Shown: positions 46,582 to 56,167, counted from the first letter of the stretch. The stretch: DNA of 64,000 nucleotides from Clostridiaceae bacterium (GCA_016292785.1 JAEDFL010000004.1:3637-67636); one strand, 5' to 3'. The notes: generated by a model not told the origin, from the letters alone. Made by a program: numbers and translations.

Positions 46582-48564
46582 TTATTCAAAATATATTTTC
46601 CAAAATTCGGAATACGCCTTGTCGCCATAGATCTTGAACAGCATATCGTCGGCAAATTTAATTATCTTTGTCAGCACTTTTACCCATTCTGGCGGTTCGG
46701 CAAGCTGTTTCTGAGTGAGGAGCTTTGCGTTTTCTTCGCTAAGCTCGCCGTATTCGGCGCAGAACTCATTCACCCGTCTTGTTGTTTCAAGGCAGAATTC
46801 GGCGTCGGCTATCGTTGCCCTCATCACACGTTCACAGTCGTACATTATCGCCCGACATTCTTCGGCGGTTTCCTGCGACCAGTCAAGCTTTCCCGCTTCA
46901 TAGTCGGAGTACATATTTTTTAAATCCGTGTATCTCCAGCGGCGGATAAACCAGTTGTCGGAGTTGCCGTTGAACTGCGGAAATTTTTTGGGATCAGAGT
47001 TGACGTTTTTAACCTCGTGAGAATACATCAGAGCGGTTGCAAGGTTGATTACGGGCGAATTGTTCGCCGCATCCTCGTGGTGCATCTGACAGAAATACCA
47101 GGTGTTGTCGGGCAAAACTCCCGTGGAAGCGTCAATCTCGCCGTCGGGAGAGAGTCTGCCGCCGTTTGCAAGCTTCTCTCCGGGGAGAACCGCTGTTGCG
47201 CCGAGGGTTGTTGACTCGATATTTATAACGCCGTCGCCGTTCACCTTATCCGAATTTGCCATCACACGAAAGAAGTTGTATCTTGCGTCACCCGTGTGAA
47301 GACCGTAGCCTGCAATTATATTGATTTTCATTCCGTTCGCCGTCATTGCTCTGATGTTGTCGGCAAGGTTGAGCTGAGCCTGATAGAAAGCGTCGGTCTT
47401 TGCCCTGACGGGAGCGTGAGCCTCGTCGCCTAAATATTTTTCGGCAAGCTCGGGATATGCTTCCTTTGTCACCATCGCCCATATCTGCGGTGTGTTTACA
47501 AGCAGATGGTCAAGCAGAACATCGTAAATTTTCGTCAGCATTGCGGCGTTGACCTCGGCAGGGAGGGAGCGGAGCAGGAAATTGACGGCATGACCGATAA
47601 GCTCGCCGTATTCTGTCCACTCGGAAATCATCATCGGAATCCCCTCGTTGTACCAGAACTCTGCGGAAACGTCAAAATCACGGTTGAACATATCCGTCAC
47701 CGCCTGCGTTCCGTTGAGTACGGGAACAACATTGACTACCGTGTTCACCTTGTCTGTATTCGTAAACCGCTCGCAGAATGCGGTGAATACCGTTCCGCCG
47801 AGACTGATGGGCAGGAGGTTGACCTTCTTTGCGCCTGTTTTTTGAAGCACCATATCTATGTAGCTGTCAAGCCGCTGCGCCGAAGACATCGGATCGCCGA
47901 AAAGAGAGAATGAGAAGAAGAAAAGATTTTCTTCTCCGATTATATCGGACACCGCTCTGAGCGGCAAAATTTTGTAAAGATACTCGCACTGATACTGCAT
48001 ATAGCTCTGAGTTTCGGCGTCCTCGTCAGTTGCAAAGTCGGCAAACGAGCCGTTGAACTCAAGCAGTCCGATCTCGTTGTTCGCAAAGCTTCCGTCTGGC
48101 AGGGTTTGCTGAACGGAGAAAGCCGTGTCCGCAACCTTGCCGACAGCTTCAACAAGTCCGCAGTCCTTTTGTGCAATTACGGACTTGACGAGAGGAGCAA
48201 GGAGATATTTTGCAACTGTCTTGAGCACCTCGGGAATATCGAAAATGATCGTTCCGCCCTGCATATCGTTGCCGAAAGCGTCCTTTTTGATTGGAGGTCG
48301 GGAGGTGTCCTCGGCGGTCGAGCTGTCGTAGTCCTCATCGACAACATATGTAATTGAATGGGAAATTCCCGGCACTACAACAAGCGGATAATAGTTGCCG
48401 TTCTCGTCCACATTGTCGTAAACAACGGACATATCCTCAAGCGTGTAGGGATAGTTGTCAGAAGCGGGGGTATTTGAAGCTTCGTTTGTAAATGCGTTTC
48501 CAACCGGCAAAAACGCCATAACAAAAGAAAGGATAACCGAAAAAATCTTTGATATGACGGTCAT
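46582..48564 (-). CDS. secreted alpha/beta-hydrolase, lipase-like (paralog of 24514..26040)
   Basis: Signal peptide MTVISKIFSVILSFVMAFLPVGNAF. Nucleophile-elbow-like PISLGG. It shares blocks with the 508-aa paralog (PLVVVPG against PIIYVAALG, and LSPDGEIDASTGVLPDNTWYF). Confidence 0.7.
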   Translation of the reverse strand: MTVISKIFSVILSFVMAFLPVGNAFTNEASNTPASDNYPYTLEDMSVVYDNVDENGNYYPLVVVPGISHSITYVVDEDYDSSTAEDTSRPPIKKDAFGNDMQGGTIIFDIPEVLKTVAKYLLAPLVKSVIAQKDCGLVEAVGKVADTAFSVQQTLPDGSFANNEIGLLEFNGSFADFATDEDAETQSYMQYQCEYLYKILPLRAVSDIIGEENLFFFSFSLFGDPMSSAQRLDSYIDMVLQKTGAKKVNLLPISLGGTVFTAFCERFTNTDKVNTVVNVVPVLNGTQAVTDMFNRDFDVSAEFWYNEGIPMMISEWTEYGELIGHAVNFLLRSLPAEVNAAMLTKIYDVLLDHLLVNTPQIWAMVTKEAYPELAEKYLGDEAHAPVRAKTDAFYQAQLNLADNIRAMTANGMKINIIAGYGLHTGDARYNFFRVMANSDKVNGDGVINIESTTLGATAVLPGEKLANGGRLSPDGEIDASTGVLPDNTWYFCQMHHEDAANNSPVINLATALMYSHEVKNVNSDPKKFPQFNGNSDNWFIRRWRYTDLKNMYSDYEAGKLDWSQETAEECRAIMYDCERVMRATIADAEFCLETTRRVNEFCAEYGELSEENAKLLTQKQLAEPPEWVKVLTKIIKFADDMLFKIYGDKAYSEFWKIYFE

Positions 48565-48700
48565 GGCTTAACCTCCTTGACATTTATAAAACAATAATAA
48601 CATATAGTTTTATTCTTTACAAGTTTATTCTGTCAAAAACAATTGAAAATTACGCTTTTCAATGGTATAATATCCCCATTAAAATTCAGGAGGAAAAAAT

Positions 48701-49357
48701 ATGGAACTCACGACAGTTGCCTCGTGGCTCAACTCAACCTTTGCCGAATTTGATCTCGCTATCTTCGATTTCTTTCACAGATTGCACGACAGTGCGGCAG
48801 GCGGATTTTTTGACGTCTTTTTCAATGCGATAACAACCCTCGGTCACGACGGTATCGCACTCATAATTATTTCGGTTATTCTTATGCTCTTTAAAAAAAC
48901 GAGGAAAGCCGGCACGGCTATGCTTGCGAGTATTATTGTCGGTGCGCTTTTCACAAACGTGACAATCAAACCTCTTGTTGCCCGTCCGAGACCTTACACC
49001 CATACGGACAGCCCCGTCTATCAATGGTGGCTGAACGCAGGCGCACAGCTTGAAAGCGAGCGGTCGTTTCCGTCGGGACACACTACCTCGGCAATGGCAA
49101 TGGTGACCGGTCTTTTCTGCGTGACGAACAAGAAGGTAAGCTGGCTTGCGTTTTTCTTTGCGATTTTTATGGGTATGTCAAGAATTTATCTCTGTGTTCA
49201 TTACCCGACCGACGTTATCGGCGGACTTATTATCGGCGGAATTGCAGGAATTATCGGCGGACTGCTTGTGACCTTTCTCTACAAGCACGACGAGCATAAG
49301 ATCAGCAAGGCTTACGTCAACTTCAGCCTTGCCGGCCTTTTTAAGAAGAAAGCATAA
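48701..49357 (+). CDS. PAP2-family membrane phosphatase
   Basis: KPLVARPRP, SFPSGHT and SRIYLCVHYPTDV are the three PAP2 motifs. Confidence 0.85.
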   Translation: MELTTVASWLNSTFAEFDLAIFDFFHRLHDSAAGGFFDVFFNAITTLGHDGIALIIISVILMLFKKTRKAGTAMLASIIVGALFTNVTIKPLVARPRPYTHTDSPVYQWWLNAGAQLESERSFPSGHTTSAMAMVTGLFCVTNKKVSWLAFFFAIFMGMSRIYLCVHYPTDVIGGLIIGGIAGIIGGLLVTFLYKHDEHKISKAYVNFSLAGLFKKKA

Positions 49358-49382
49358 ATCCCGAACGAAAGAGGAATGAAAT

Positions 49383-50912
49383 ATGTTTGCAAAGGTCAAC
49401 AGCATGGGAATCTTCGGCATGGAGGTTTTTCCCGTCAGCGTGGAGGCTGATATTTCTTCCGGACTGCCTCGCTTTGATGTGGTCGGTCTGCCCGATTCCG
49501 CAGTCAGCGAATCCCGTGACCGTGTGCGCTCGGCAATTAAAAACAGCGGTTTTGATTTCCCCGTCAGCCGCATTACCGTCAATCTTGCCCCTGCCGACAG
49601 GCGAAAAGAAGGTCCTCTTTATGACCTTTCTATATTTATCGCTCTGCTTGAAGCGTCCGAACAACTCAACGCAAAAACCGACGAATATATTTTTCTCGGC
49701 GAGCTTTCTCTTGACGGCAAGATCCGCAGGGTGAACGGCGTTCTGCCCATGGTTATCGGAGCGCATCAATGCGGAGTGAGAAAAATTTTTGTCCCGTCCG
49801 ATAATGCAAACGAGGCGGCGATAGTCGGAGGAATGGAAATTTATCCTGCATCCGATGTTTTTGCCGTTTTAAATCATCTCCGAGGAACAAAGCCGATCGA
49901 GCCTGCAAAGCCTGTCAAGCCGAGCGGCGGCGAATTGTTTGACTATATGCCCGACTTTGCCGATGTCAAAGGTCAGTTTGAGGCAAAGCGTGCGCTTGAG
50001 GTTGCCGCGGCAGGAGGTCACAACACGCTGATGATCGGCAGTCCCGGATCGGGCAAGAGTATGCTTGCAAAGAGAATACCCTCGATCCTGCCCTCAATGA
50101 CCTTTGAAGAAAGTCTTGAAACAACAAAGATTTATTCCATTGCAGGCGCAATCAAGAACAATTCGAGCCTGATTACTCAGCGTCCGTTCCGTTCTCCGCA
50201 CCACACCGTTTCGACGATCGGACTTGCAGGCGGCGGAGCGGTTCCCAAGCCGGGCGAAATCTCGCTTGCCCACAACGGAGTTCTTTTCCTCGACGAGCTG
50301 CCTGAATTTTCCCGTCAGGCAATGGAGATGATGCGCCAGCCGCTTGAGGACGGAAAAATTACTATTTCCCGTGCTTCGGGAGCTTCGACCTATCCCTGCT
50401 CGGTGATGCTTGTCTGCGCTATGAATCCCTGTCCCTGTGGCTACTACGGACACCCGACAAGGAAGTGTACCTGCCGTGACGGTGCGGCGGCAAAATATCT
50501 TTCAAAAATCAGCGGTCCGCTCCTTGACAGGATTGATATACATATCGAAGTGCCGCCCGTTGATTTTGAAAAGCTTTCCGACGAGCACCGAGGGGAGCCT
50601 TCCTCGGAGATTAAAAAGAGAGTTGACGCGGCAAGAAAAATTCAGCAGGAAAGGCTCAAGGGCACTTCGGCAAACTGCAACGCTCAGATGAATGCGGCAA
50701 TGACGAGGGAGTTTTGCAGGGCGAGCGATGCGGCAATGAAGATGCTTCAAATGGCCTTTGACAGGCTCGGACTTTCAGCCCGTGCATATGATAAAATTCT
50801 CAGAGTTGCGAGGACGGTCGCCGACCTTGACGGCTCGGAGATCATCGAAGCAACGCACATTTCCGAAGCGATTCAGTACCGCTCCCTTGACAGAAAATTC
50901 TGGTCAAGATGA
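49383..50912 (+). CDS. comM: YifB/ComM family Mg-chelatase-like AAA+ ATPase
   Basis: N-terminal Lon-like domain (VSVEADISSGLPRFDVVGLPD). Walker A GSPGSGKSM and LFLDELPEF. 509 aa. Confidence 0.9.
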   Translation: MFAKVNSMGIFGMEVFPVSVEADISSGLPRFDVVGLPDSAVSESRDRVRSAIKNSGFDFPVSRITVNLAPADRRKEGPLYDLSIFIALLEASEQLNAKTDEYIFLGELSLDGKIRRVNGVLPMVIGAHQCGVRKIFVPSDNANEAAIVGGMEIYPASDVFAVLNHLRGTKPIEPAKPVKPSGGELFDYMPDFADVKGQFEAKRALEVAAAGGHNTLMIGSPGSGKSMLAKRIPSILPSMTFEESLETTKIYSIAGAIKNNSSLITQRPFRSPHHTVSTIGLAGGGAVPKPGEISLAHNGVLFLDELPEFSRQAMEMMRQPLEDGKITISRASGASTYPCSVMLVCAMNPCPCGYYGHPTRKCTCRDGAAAKYLSKISGPLLDRIDIHIEVPPVDFEKLSDEHRGEPSSEIKKRVDAARKIQQERLKGTSANCNAQMNAAMTREFCRASDAAMKMLQMAFDRLGLSARAYDKILRVARTVADLDGSEIIEATHISEAIQYRSLDRKFWSR

Positions 50913-50988
50913 ACAGTTTGTAAATTTCGACATATAATATTGACAGTGAAAAAAAGAATGATATAATCAAATCAAAGGAGGAGATTAT

Positions 50989-51645
50989 ATGACAAGACAG
51001 CAGATAAAAGAAATGGCAAAAGCTCAGCTCGGAGGCAAGATTTTTGGCAACACATGGCTTATCGCCGTTGTCGTTGTTGTTATTCAGGTTGCTTTGTCAC
51101 AGCTTGTAAACGTTATTCCCGGAGTCGGACAGATTGCCGCCCTGCTTATATCGGGACCTGTTGCATACGGTGTTTCGGCAATGTTCCTTAAACAAACCCG
51201 CACGGGACAGACGATGGATATTGTTGATATCTTCAACGGTTTTAAAGATGACTTTTCCAACACATTTTTAATCGGTCTGATGACCTTTATTTTTACTTTG
51301 CTCTGGTCGTTGCTTTTCGTTATTCCCGGCATCGTAAAAAGCTACGCTTACTCAATGGCAATGTATATCAAGGTTGATAATCCCGATTATGATTGGAAAA
51401 AGTGCATGGATGAAAGCCAGAGAATGATGTCGGGACACAAGGGTGAGCTTTTTGTTCTTGACCTCAGCTTCATCGGCTGGATGATCGTCGGTTCTTTCTG
51501 CCTGGGAGTAGGTGCATTTTGGGTAACGGCTTATATTGAAGCTTCTCATGCCCAGTTCTATGAAAATCTCAGAAGAACGGAGCTTGCAAGCGCACCGCAG
51601 TTCAACGCTCAGTACGATCCGCAGTTTAACAATCCCCAGTTCTGA
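50989..51645 (+). CDS. DUF975-family membrane protein
   Basis: 218 aa. N-terminal MTRQQIKEMAKAQLGGKIFGNTW and a multi-TM body, typical of DUF975. Q/N/P-rich tail. Confidence 0.7.
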   Translation: MTRQQIKEMAKAQLGGKIFGNTWLIAVVVVVIQVALSQLVNVIPGVGQIAALLISGPVAYGVSAMFLKQTRTGQTMDIVDIFNGFKDDFSNTFLIGLMTFIFTLLWSLLFVIPGIVKSYAYSMAMYIKVDNPDYDWKKCMDESQRMMSGHKGELFVLDLSFIGWMIVGSFCLGVGAFWVTAYIEASHAQFYENLRRTELASAPQFNAQYDPQFNNPQF

Positions 51646-51666
51646 TTAAAAAATTCAATAAAAATG

Positions 51667-51705
51667 ACTGCAAGCGATCCGAAAAGGAAAGCTTGCAGTT
51701 TTTTG
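51667..51705 (+). terminator. rho-independent terminator
   Basis: ACTGCAAGC (51667-51675) pairs with GCTTGCAGT (51691-51699), followed by TTTTTT. Confidence 0.75.
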
Positions 51706-51983
51706 ATTTTAGACTTTAGATGTTGGATTTTAGACAGTATAGTTTTAAATTTCGATGGAACTTTTCGGCTCCCTTGTGTAAAGGGAGCTGGCACGACCGT
51801 AGGTCGTGACTGAGGGATTGCAAAATTGTTAAAATTTTTCAATTTGCACTTATCCCCTCCGTCTCGTCGTCCCTCCTCGACGCCTCCCCTTGCAACAAGG
51901 GGAGGCGGAATTGGTTTTTAGAAACTTCAAGTTTTCACGTCTAAGGTCTAATGGCTAAAATCTAACGTCTAACGTTTCAAGTC
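51706..51983. repeat. structured intergenic repeat element, composite copy B
   Basis: An inverted GTCTAA-type array TTAGACTTTAGATGTTGGATTTTAGAC (51709-51735) faces a direct array GTCTAAGGTCTAATGGCTAAAATCTAACGTCTAACG (51939-51974). Internal hairpins are GGCTCCCTT/AAGGGAGCT (51767-51789), CACGACC/GGTCGTG, and CGCCTCCCCTTG-CAA-CAAGGGGAGGCG (51881-51907). A C/T-rich tract at 51851-51889 resembles the arm of copy A. Confidence 0.7.
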
Positions 51984-52059
51984 TTTTACAAATAAAACTT
52001 GAAAAAATATTTTGATGTGATAAAATATTCGGGTAGTAATTTAAAGAAAAGGTGATTAA

Positions 52060-52599
52060 ATGATACACGTCAGCGAACCGATGACCAATCTGCCTAAGGA
52101 GTACAAAACTCCCTTGCAGGAAATGACATATAAATTTCTTGATGAAAACAACATTCCGTTCAGCCGGGTTGAAAACGACGAGGCGGTTACGATGGAGGAC
52201 TGTATCGAGATCGACAAGGCTCTTGATATGAAAACGGTCAAGACGCTCTTTCTCTGCAACCGTCAGAAAACGAGCTTTTATCTTTTTGTGACCGCAGGTG
52301 ACAAGCCGTTTGTGACGAAGGACTTCAGCTCTGCGCTCGGAATTTCAAGAGTTTCGTTCGCTTCTGCCGAAATGCTTGACGAGATCATCGGCACAAAGGT
52401 CGGTGCAACAACGATCTTCGGCGTACTGAGAAAAGAGGCGGAGGATGTTCAGGTCGTGTTTGACAAGGAGGTCTGCAACGACGAGTGGTTCGGCTGCAGT
52501 GACGGAACAACGACGGGATATATGAAGCTGAAAACCGAGGACATTCTCAAAAAGCTCCTGCCTTATTCAAAGCACAGATACACGGTTATTGAGGTATAA
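52060..52599 (+). CDS. YbaK/ProX-type aminoacyl-tRNA editing domain protein
   Basis: 179 aa. Prolyl-tRNA-synthetase-associated domain pattern (KTLFLCNRQKTSFYLFV...GATTIFG). Confidence 0.75.
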   Translation: MIHVSEPMTNLPKEYKTPLQEMTYKFLDENNIPFSRVENDEAVTMEDCIEIDKALDMKTVKTLFLCNRQKTSFYLFVTAGDKPFVTKDFSSALGISRVSFASAEMLDEIIGTKVGATTIFGVLRKEAEDVQVVFDKEVCNDEWFGCSDGTTTGYMKLKTEDILKKLLPYSKHRYTVIEV

Positions 52600-52635
52600 A
52601 ATAAAAATCGGTGAGCCTTGTCAGCTTGCCGATTT

Positions 52636-52863
52636 TTAACTTAATTTATATGATTTGATAAGTTTTTCAACAACATCTTTCTGCTCTGGCGAGAGCGAAA
52701 GCCAGTCGTTGAAAAGCTCTTTTTGTTCCCCGGTGAGATAAACCGCTTCTTCACAGCCGTCCTCGGAGAAGAACTGAGCCATGGAAATTCCCAATCCGCC
52801 GCAAATCGCCTCGATTGTCGGAATCGTCGGAGAAAGAAGAAACGGCAGAAATTTATGGATTTC
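52636..52863 (-). pseudogene. possible remnant of an XRE-family HTH regulator (C-terminal part only)
   Basis: Manual translation of the frame ending at TAA (52636-52638) gives ...SPTIPTIEAICGGLGISMAQFFSEDGCEEAVYLTGEQKELFNDWLSLSPEQKDVVEKLIKSYKLS. That is the last helix of an HTH_3 domain plus a C-terminal extension. An in-frame stop lies at 52864-52866 and no N-terminal HTH helices are present. The only ATG (52782) would give a 48-aa peptide. Confidence 0.3.
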
Positions 52864-52944
52864 TTACGTTCGGGTTCTTTTTCCACTTGAAAAAAAGCGC
52901 AGGTTGTGCTAATATTTATGCCTGTGTGAAACGGAGGGATATCG

Positions 52945-53499
52945 GTGGATACAAAATTTATCATTGCTCAGGTTTTCGGTTATATCGGACTTGTTCTGAC
53001 GATTGCCGCATACCAATGTAAAAAGCACAAGGGCGTTATGCTCCTGAAAACATCAAGCGAGCTTTTCTTCGCCGTGCAGTATTTCCTGCTCGGAACATAT
53101 ACGGGAATGGCGATGAACTTTGTCAGCTCGGCACGCAACCTGACTTTTTCCTATCTTGTGGAAAAGGGAAAAAGCACTCGTCCGTTTCAGATTATTTTCT
53201 GCGTGCTTTTTGCCGTTTTCGGAATAATTACCTGGCAGAATTATTTGAGTCTTTTTATAATTCTTGCAAAGCTTTTGACTACGGTTGCCTACGGAATGAA
53301 GAACACCAAATTCCTGCGGTATGCGACCGTTCCGACGAGCATATTCTGGATGATTTACAATTTCAGCTGTCGTTCCTCGGCAGGGGTAATCTGTGAGATA
53401 TTATCTCTCGTTTCGCTGATCTCGGCAATAATCCGTATAGATATAATCGGAGCAAAAAAAGAAAAAGGACTATCGCACCAAGCGAAGAAAAATAATTGA
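52945..53499 (+). CDS. YgjV-family inner membrane protein
   Basis: GTG start, 184 aa. FIIAQVFGYIGLVLTIAAYQCKK N-terminus and about six TM segments. Confidence 0.7.
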   Translation: MDTKFIIAQVFGYIGLVLTIAAYQCKKHKGVMLLKTSSELFFAVQYFLLGTYTGMAMNFVSSARNLTFSYLVEKGKSTRPFQIIFCVLFAVFGIITWQNYLSLFIILAKLLTTVAYGMKNTKFLRYATVPTSIFWMIYNFSCRSSAGVICEILSLVSLISAIIRIDIIGAKKEKGLSHQAKKNN

Positions 53500-53593
53500 G
53501 ATTTTACTCCAATTCAAAAAGGTTTGTATCGGTCAAAATTCCAATACAAACCTTTTATTTTTTCACTTAGTGCGACAAGCACATTTATGCGGT

Positions 53594-55684
53594 TTAATCC
53601 AAAATACCGAGCATATATCCAAAGAAAGAAACGATTGTTTCAAAAAGCTTTTTCAGCGGGGAAGCAGGTTTAGCCGTCGGCTCGGGTTTTTCTTCGGTGA
53701 CGGCTTCTTCGGTTTTTTCTTCCTCCTCTGCGGCAGGCTCGTCAGGCTCAACGTCCTGAGAAATCAGACTGCTGTATTCCTCAAAGATTGAAGACGTTTT
53801 TATCTCGTCCTTCTGTGCAACGCTTGAAAGCATTACGCCGGCCTCTTCGAGAAGCATAAGGTCATCGGAATTTATCACTCCGTCATGGTTGCAGTCCGCC
53901 GCAAGCTTGACCGCCGCATCGGGAGTCAACATTCCGCCGATTATCATCGAAACCATTGTTGCATCACGACCGTCATAAATTCCGTCGCCGTTCACATCTC
54001 CGAACACAACAACGGTGTAGGTCTTGACAACGTTTCCTGTCGCATCGTCAACAATTTTTACCGTGTCGCCCGTTTTCGGTTTTGTCGGATCCTTGTATTC
54101 AAAGTGTGTTCCGAGCTTTATTCCGACGGATTCATTAACCGGCTCGGTTATGCTTTGCAGGATATCAAAGCCGTGGATAAGCTCCGTTGTGTCGCTGACC
54201 GTGAGCGGTCCCGGATTTTTAGTCAGAGTAACGTCAACCCTGATCTGAAGTCCGGCGTTTACGGTTGCCTGCGTAATGGTCAGCTTCTCGCTCTTTGTCT
54301 GATAACCGTCCTTTTCAACGGTGTAGGAATAGCTTCCTGCAGTGACAAGGAAATAGTTCTCGGAATTGATCGGCTCAAGCACATTGCCCTCGGAATCCAT
54401 AAACCTGAGGGTTGCATCGGCATAAGGAATGTTGAACTGAACCGTGCTGGTCTTGTACTCCGTCTTGGTTACAAGGAACGGCTGAGCGTAGCAGATACCG
54501 CCCTTACCGAGAACGAAGATACGGACATATGAATTGATTTGATTCTCATATTCGTTGAGGTCGAAGGTTATCGTTTCGTTATCCGAGCTGACGGTCTTTT
54601 CTGCAATCACCTGTCCGTCCGCTATCATCTTGACCGTCTGAGCGTTGTATGGATTTATGCTGATCTGATTTGCTTCATTATCGACCGCAACACGGCTTAT
54701 CATCGGGAATGCGCCCTCTGCCGAAAAGCCGTTGCCAAGCTCGTAATCCGTTTTTGCATTTTTGGAGCAAGCGAAGAATGTGCCGTTTTCCATAGAGGTG
54801 CGGATATTTGCCGCATTGTTTTCGGGCATTATGAAATACTGAGCGTTGTTCTCAACGTCCTCGTAATCGTGGGAGTCGTCCTCGCAAAAGCCCCAGACGT
54901 TTCTGCCCTTAGGAGCCGTAACCTTGAGGGTTTCGTCGTAGAGATAACGGTCGTTATGAGTTCTGTTATCGGTCGTATTGACAAGCTCCATACCGATGCA
55001 GGACGAATAATTCAGGAAAAGATTTGCGTATTTTGTAACGAAGTCGGCGTTGTAGGTGTTGATATCGCTCTTGCCCTCTGTCCACTCACCGACATGGTTG
55101 ATGTGGCAGATGCCGCCTGCGTTCTGGCTCTTTCTGATTGCGTCCTCCGGCCATGTGGAGTCGATTTCAAGATCACCGTGACCGCAGTCCGCAAAGTAGC
55201 TGTTGACATGGCACTTTGCACTCGATGAGCCGTTAAGCTCGATACCGAGAGGGATCTCGGTCATACCGTCGCCGCCTCTGTCGGAGCCTGTTGTGATCTG
55301 CTGATATCTTGCCTCGGAAAGCTCATCAATATTTCCGTGAACAAAATACTGATAGCCGAAGATAGAAAGTCGGGTCTGATCCTTTGTCCATGAGTAGTTG
55401 ACCGTACCGTGGTCGGTCAGAGCGAGAGCCTGATATCCCTTGGAGTAGTATTCCTCGATCATATCGTTAAGCTCAACGTTTCCGTCACTTCTGACGGTGT
55501 GGACATGGGTTGCGCCCTTATATGCCTTCCAGGTGTCCCAATCAACCGTCTCGTAGGGGTTGGTTATATTGAAATCATACCTGCCGATTTTGTTGTTTGA
55601 AGCCGCAAAGGCGGGACAAGCAACGCTTACGCACAAGGCTGAGGTAAGCAACAGGCTCAAAATTACGGAGCTAATTTTTTTCAC
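53594..55684 (-). CDS. secreted PHP-superfamily metallohydrolase, paralog B, with dockerin and an acidic linker plus hydrophobic C-terminal tail
   Basis: GTG start with a GGGAGGAAG RBS. Signal peptide MKKISSVILSLLLTSALCVSVACPAFA. The PHP core is identical to paralog A over ~190 aa. Dockerin GDVNGDGIYDGRDATMVSMIIGG...DCNHDGVINSDDLMLLEEAG (about 53837-54004). The tail is EPDEPAAEEEEKTEEAVTEEKPEP...LKKLFETIVSFFGYMLGILD. Confidence 0.85.
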   Translation of the reverse strand: MKKISSVILSLLLTSALCVSVACPAFAASNNKIGRYDFNITNPYETVDWDTWKAYKGATHVHTVRSDGNVELNDMIEEYYSKGYQALALTDHGTVNYSWTKDQTRLSIFGYQYFVHGNIDELSEARYQQITTGSDRGGDGMTEIPLGIELNGSSSAKCHVNSYFADCGHGDLEIDSTWPEDAIRKSQNAGGICHINHVGEWTEGKSDINTYNADFVTKYANLFLNYSSCIGMELVNTTDNRTHNDRYLYDETLKVTAPKGRNVWGFCEDDSHDYEDVENNAQYFIMPENNAANIRTSMENGTFFACSKNAKTDYELGNGFSAEGAFPMISRVAVDNEANQISINPYNAQTVKMIADGQVIAEKTVSSDNETITFDLNEYENQINSYVRIFVLGKGGICYAQPFLVTKTEYKTSTVQFNIPYADATLRFMDSEGNVLEPINSENYFLVTAGSYSYTVEKDGYQTKSEKLTITQATVNAGLQIRVDVTLTKNPGPLTVSDTTELIHGFDILQSITEPVNESVGIKLGTHFEYKDPTKPKTGDTVKIVDDATGNVVKTYTVVVFGDVNGDGIYDGRDATMVSMIIGGMLTPDAAVKLAADCNHDGVINSDDLMLLEEAGVMLSSVAQKDEIKTSSIFEEYSSLISQDVEPDEPAAEEEEKTEEAVTEEKPEPTAKPASPLKKLFETIVSFFGYMLGILD

Positions 55685-55716
55685 GGTTCTTCCTCCCGAG
55701 GAATATTTTGCACTTT

Positions 55717-55745
55717 ATAATATCAGAAAAAATTTCTCCCGTCAA
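55717..55745 (-). promoter_or_regulatory. candidate sigma-A promoter for PHP paralog B
   Basis: On the minus strand: TTGACG (55745-55740), a 17-nt spacer, then TATTAT (55722-55717), about 30 nt upstream of the RBS. Confidence 0.45.
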
Positions 55746-56111
55746 CATTTTCATTTTCAGAAAGGTAATTTTTCTGTTTTACACAAAAAGAACGTTATTT
55801 TTTAGTCATTTTTAAAATTTTCCTGTTTGGAACGGGCTCTTTTCCTACACCGTGAGAGTGATATTAAAAGCGGTGATATAAATTGTCGAGTTTAACTATT
55901 ACGAAGAAATGCTCAGACAATTCATAGGATAAAAATCCACAGGAAGTAGAGAGAGCAGAATTTGACGAAACCCAATAATAAAATGTAAAGACGGAATGTT
56001 CGCAGCAACTGCACCGTGGACAATTATTGCAACTGCTCACAGTATGGTATTAGCTATTATTCAGATCATGTTAAACAAAGAAAATTATAATGTTTTAAGT
56101 TCAGATTATTT

Positions 56112-56167
56112 ATGCAGAAAAAGCGAAACATCAAATCCCTTGAAAAATCAGGATTCTCTGTTTCGCT
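56112..56167 (-). terminator. rho-independent terminator about 125 nt downstream of the EF-G-like gene
   Basis: On the minus strand AGCGAAACA pairs with TGTTTCGCT (56167-56159 with 56130-56122). There is an inner AATCC/GGATT stem, followed by UUUUUCU. Confidence 0.5.

Noticed and set aside
21821-55684. The 33-kb segment between the inverted PHP paralogs as a composite transposon, prophage or genomic island
   Set aside because: The interior is made of core metabolic and housekeeping genes (glg operon, comM, PAP2, proX-like). It has no integrase, transposase, phage structural genes or att-like direct repeats that I can see.
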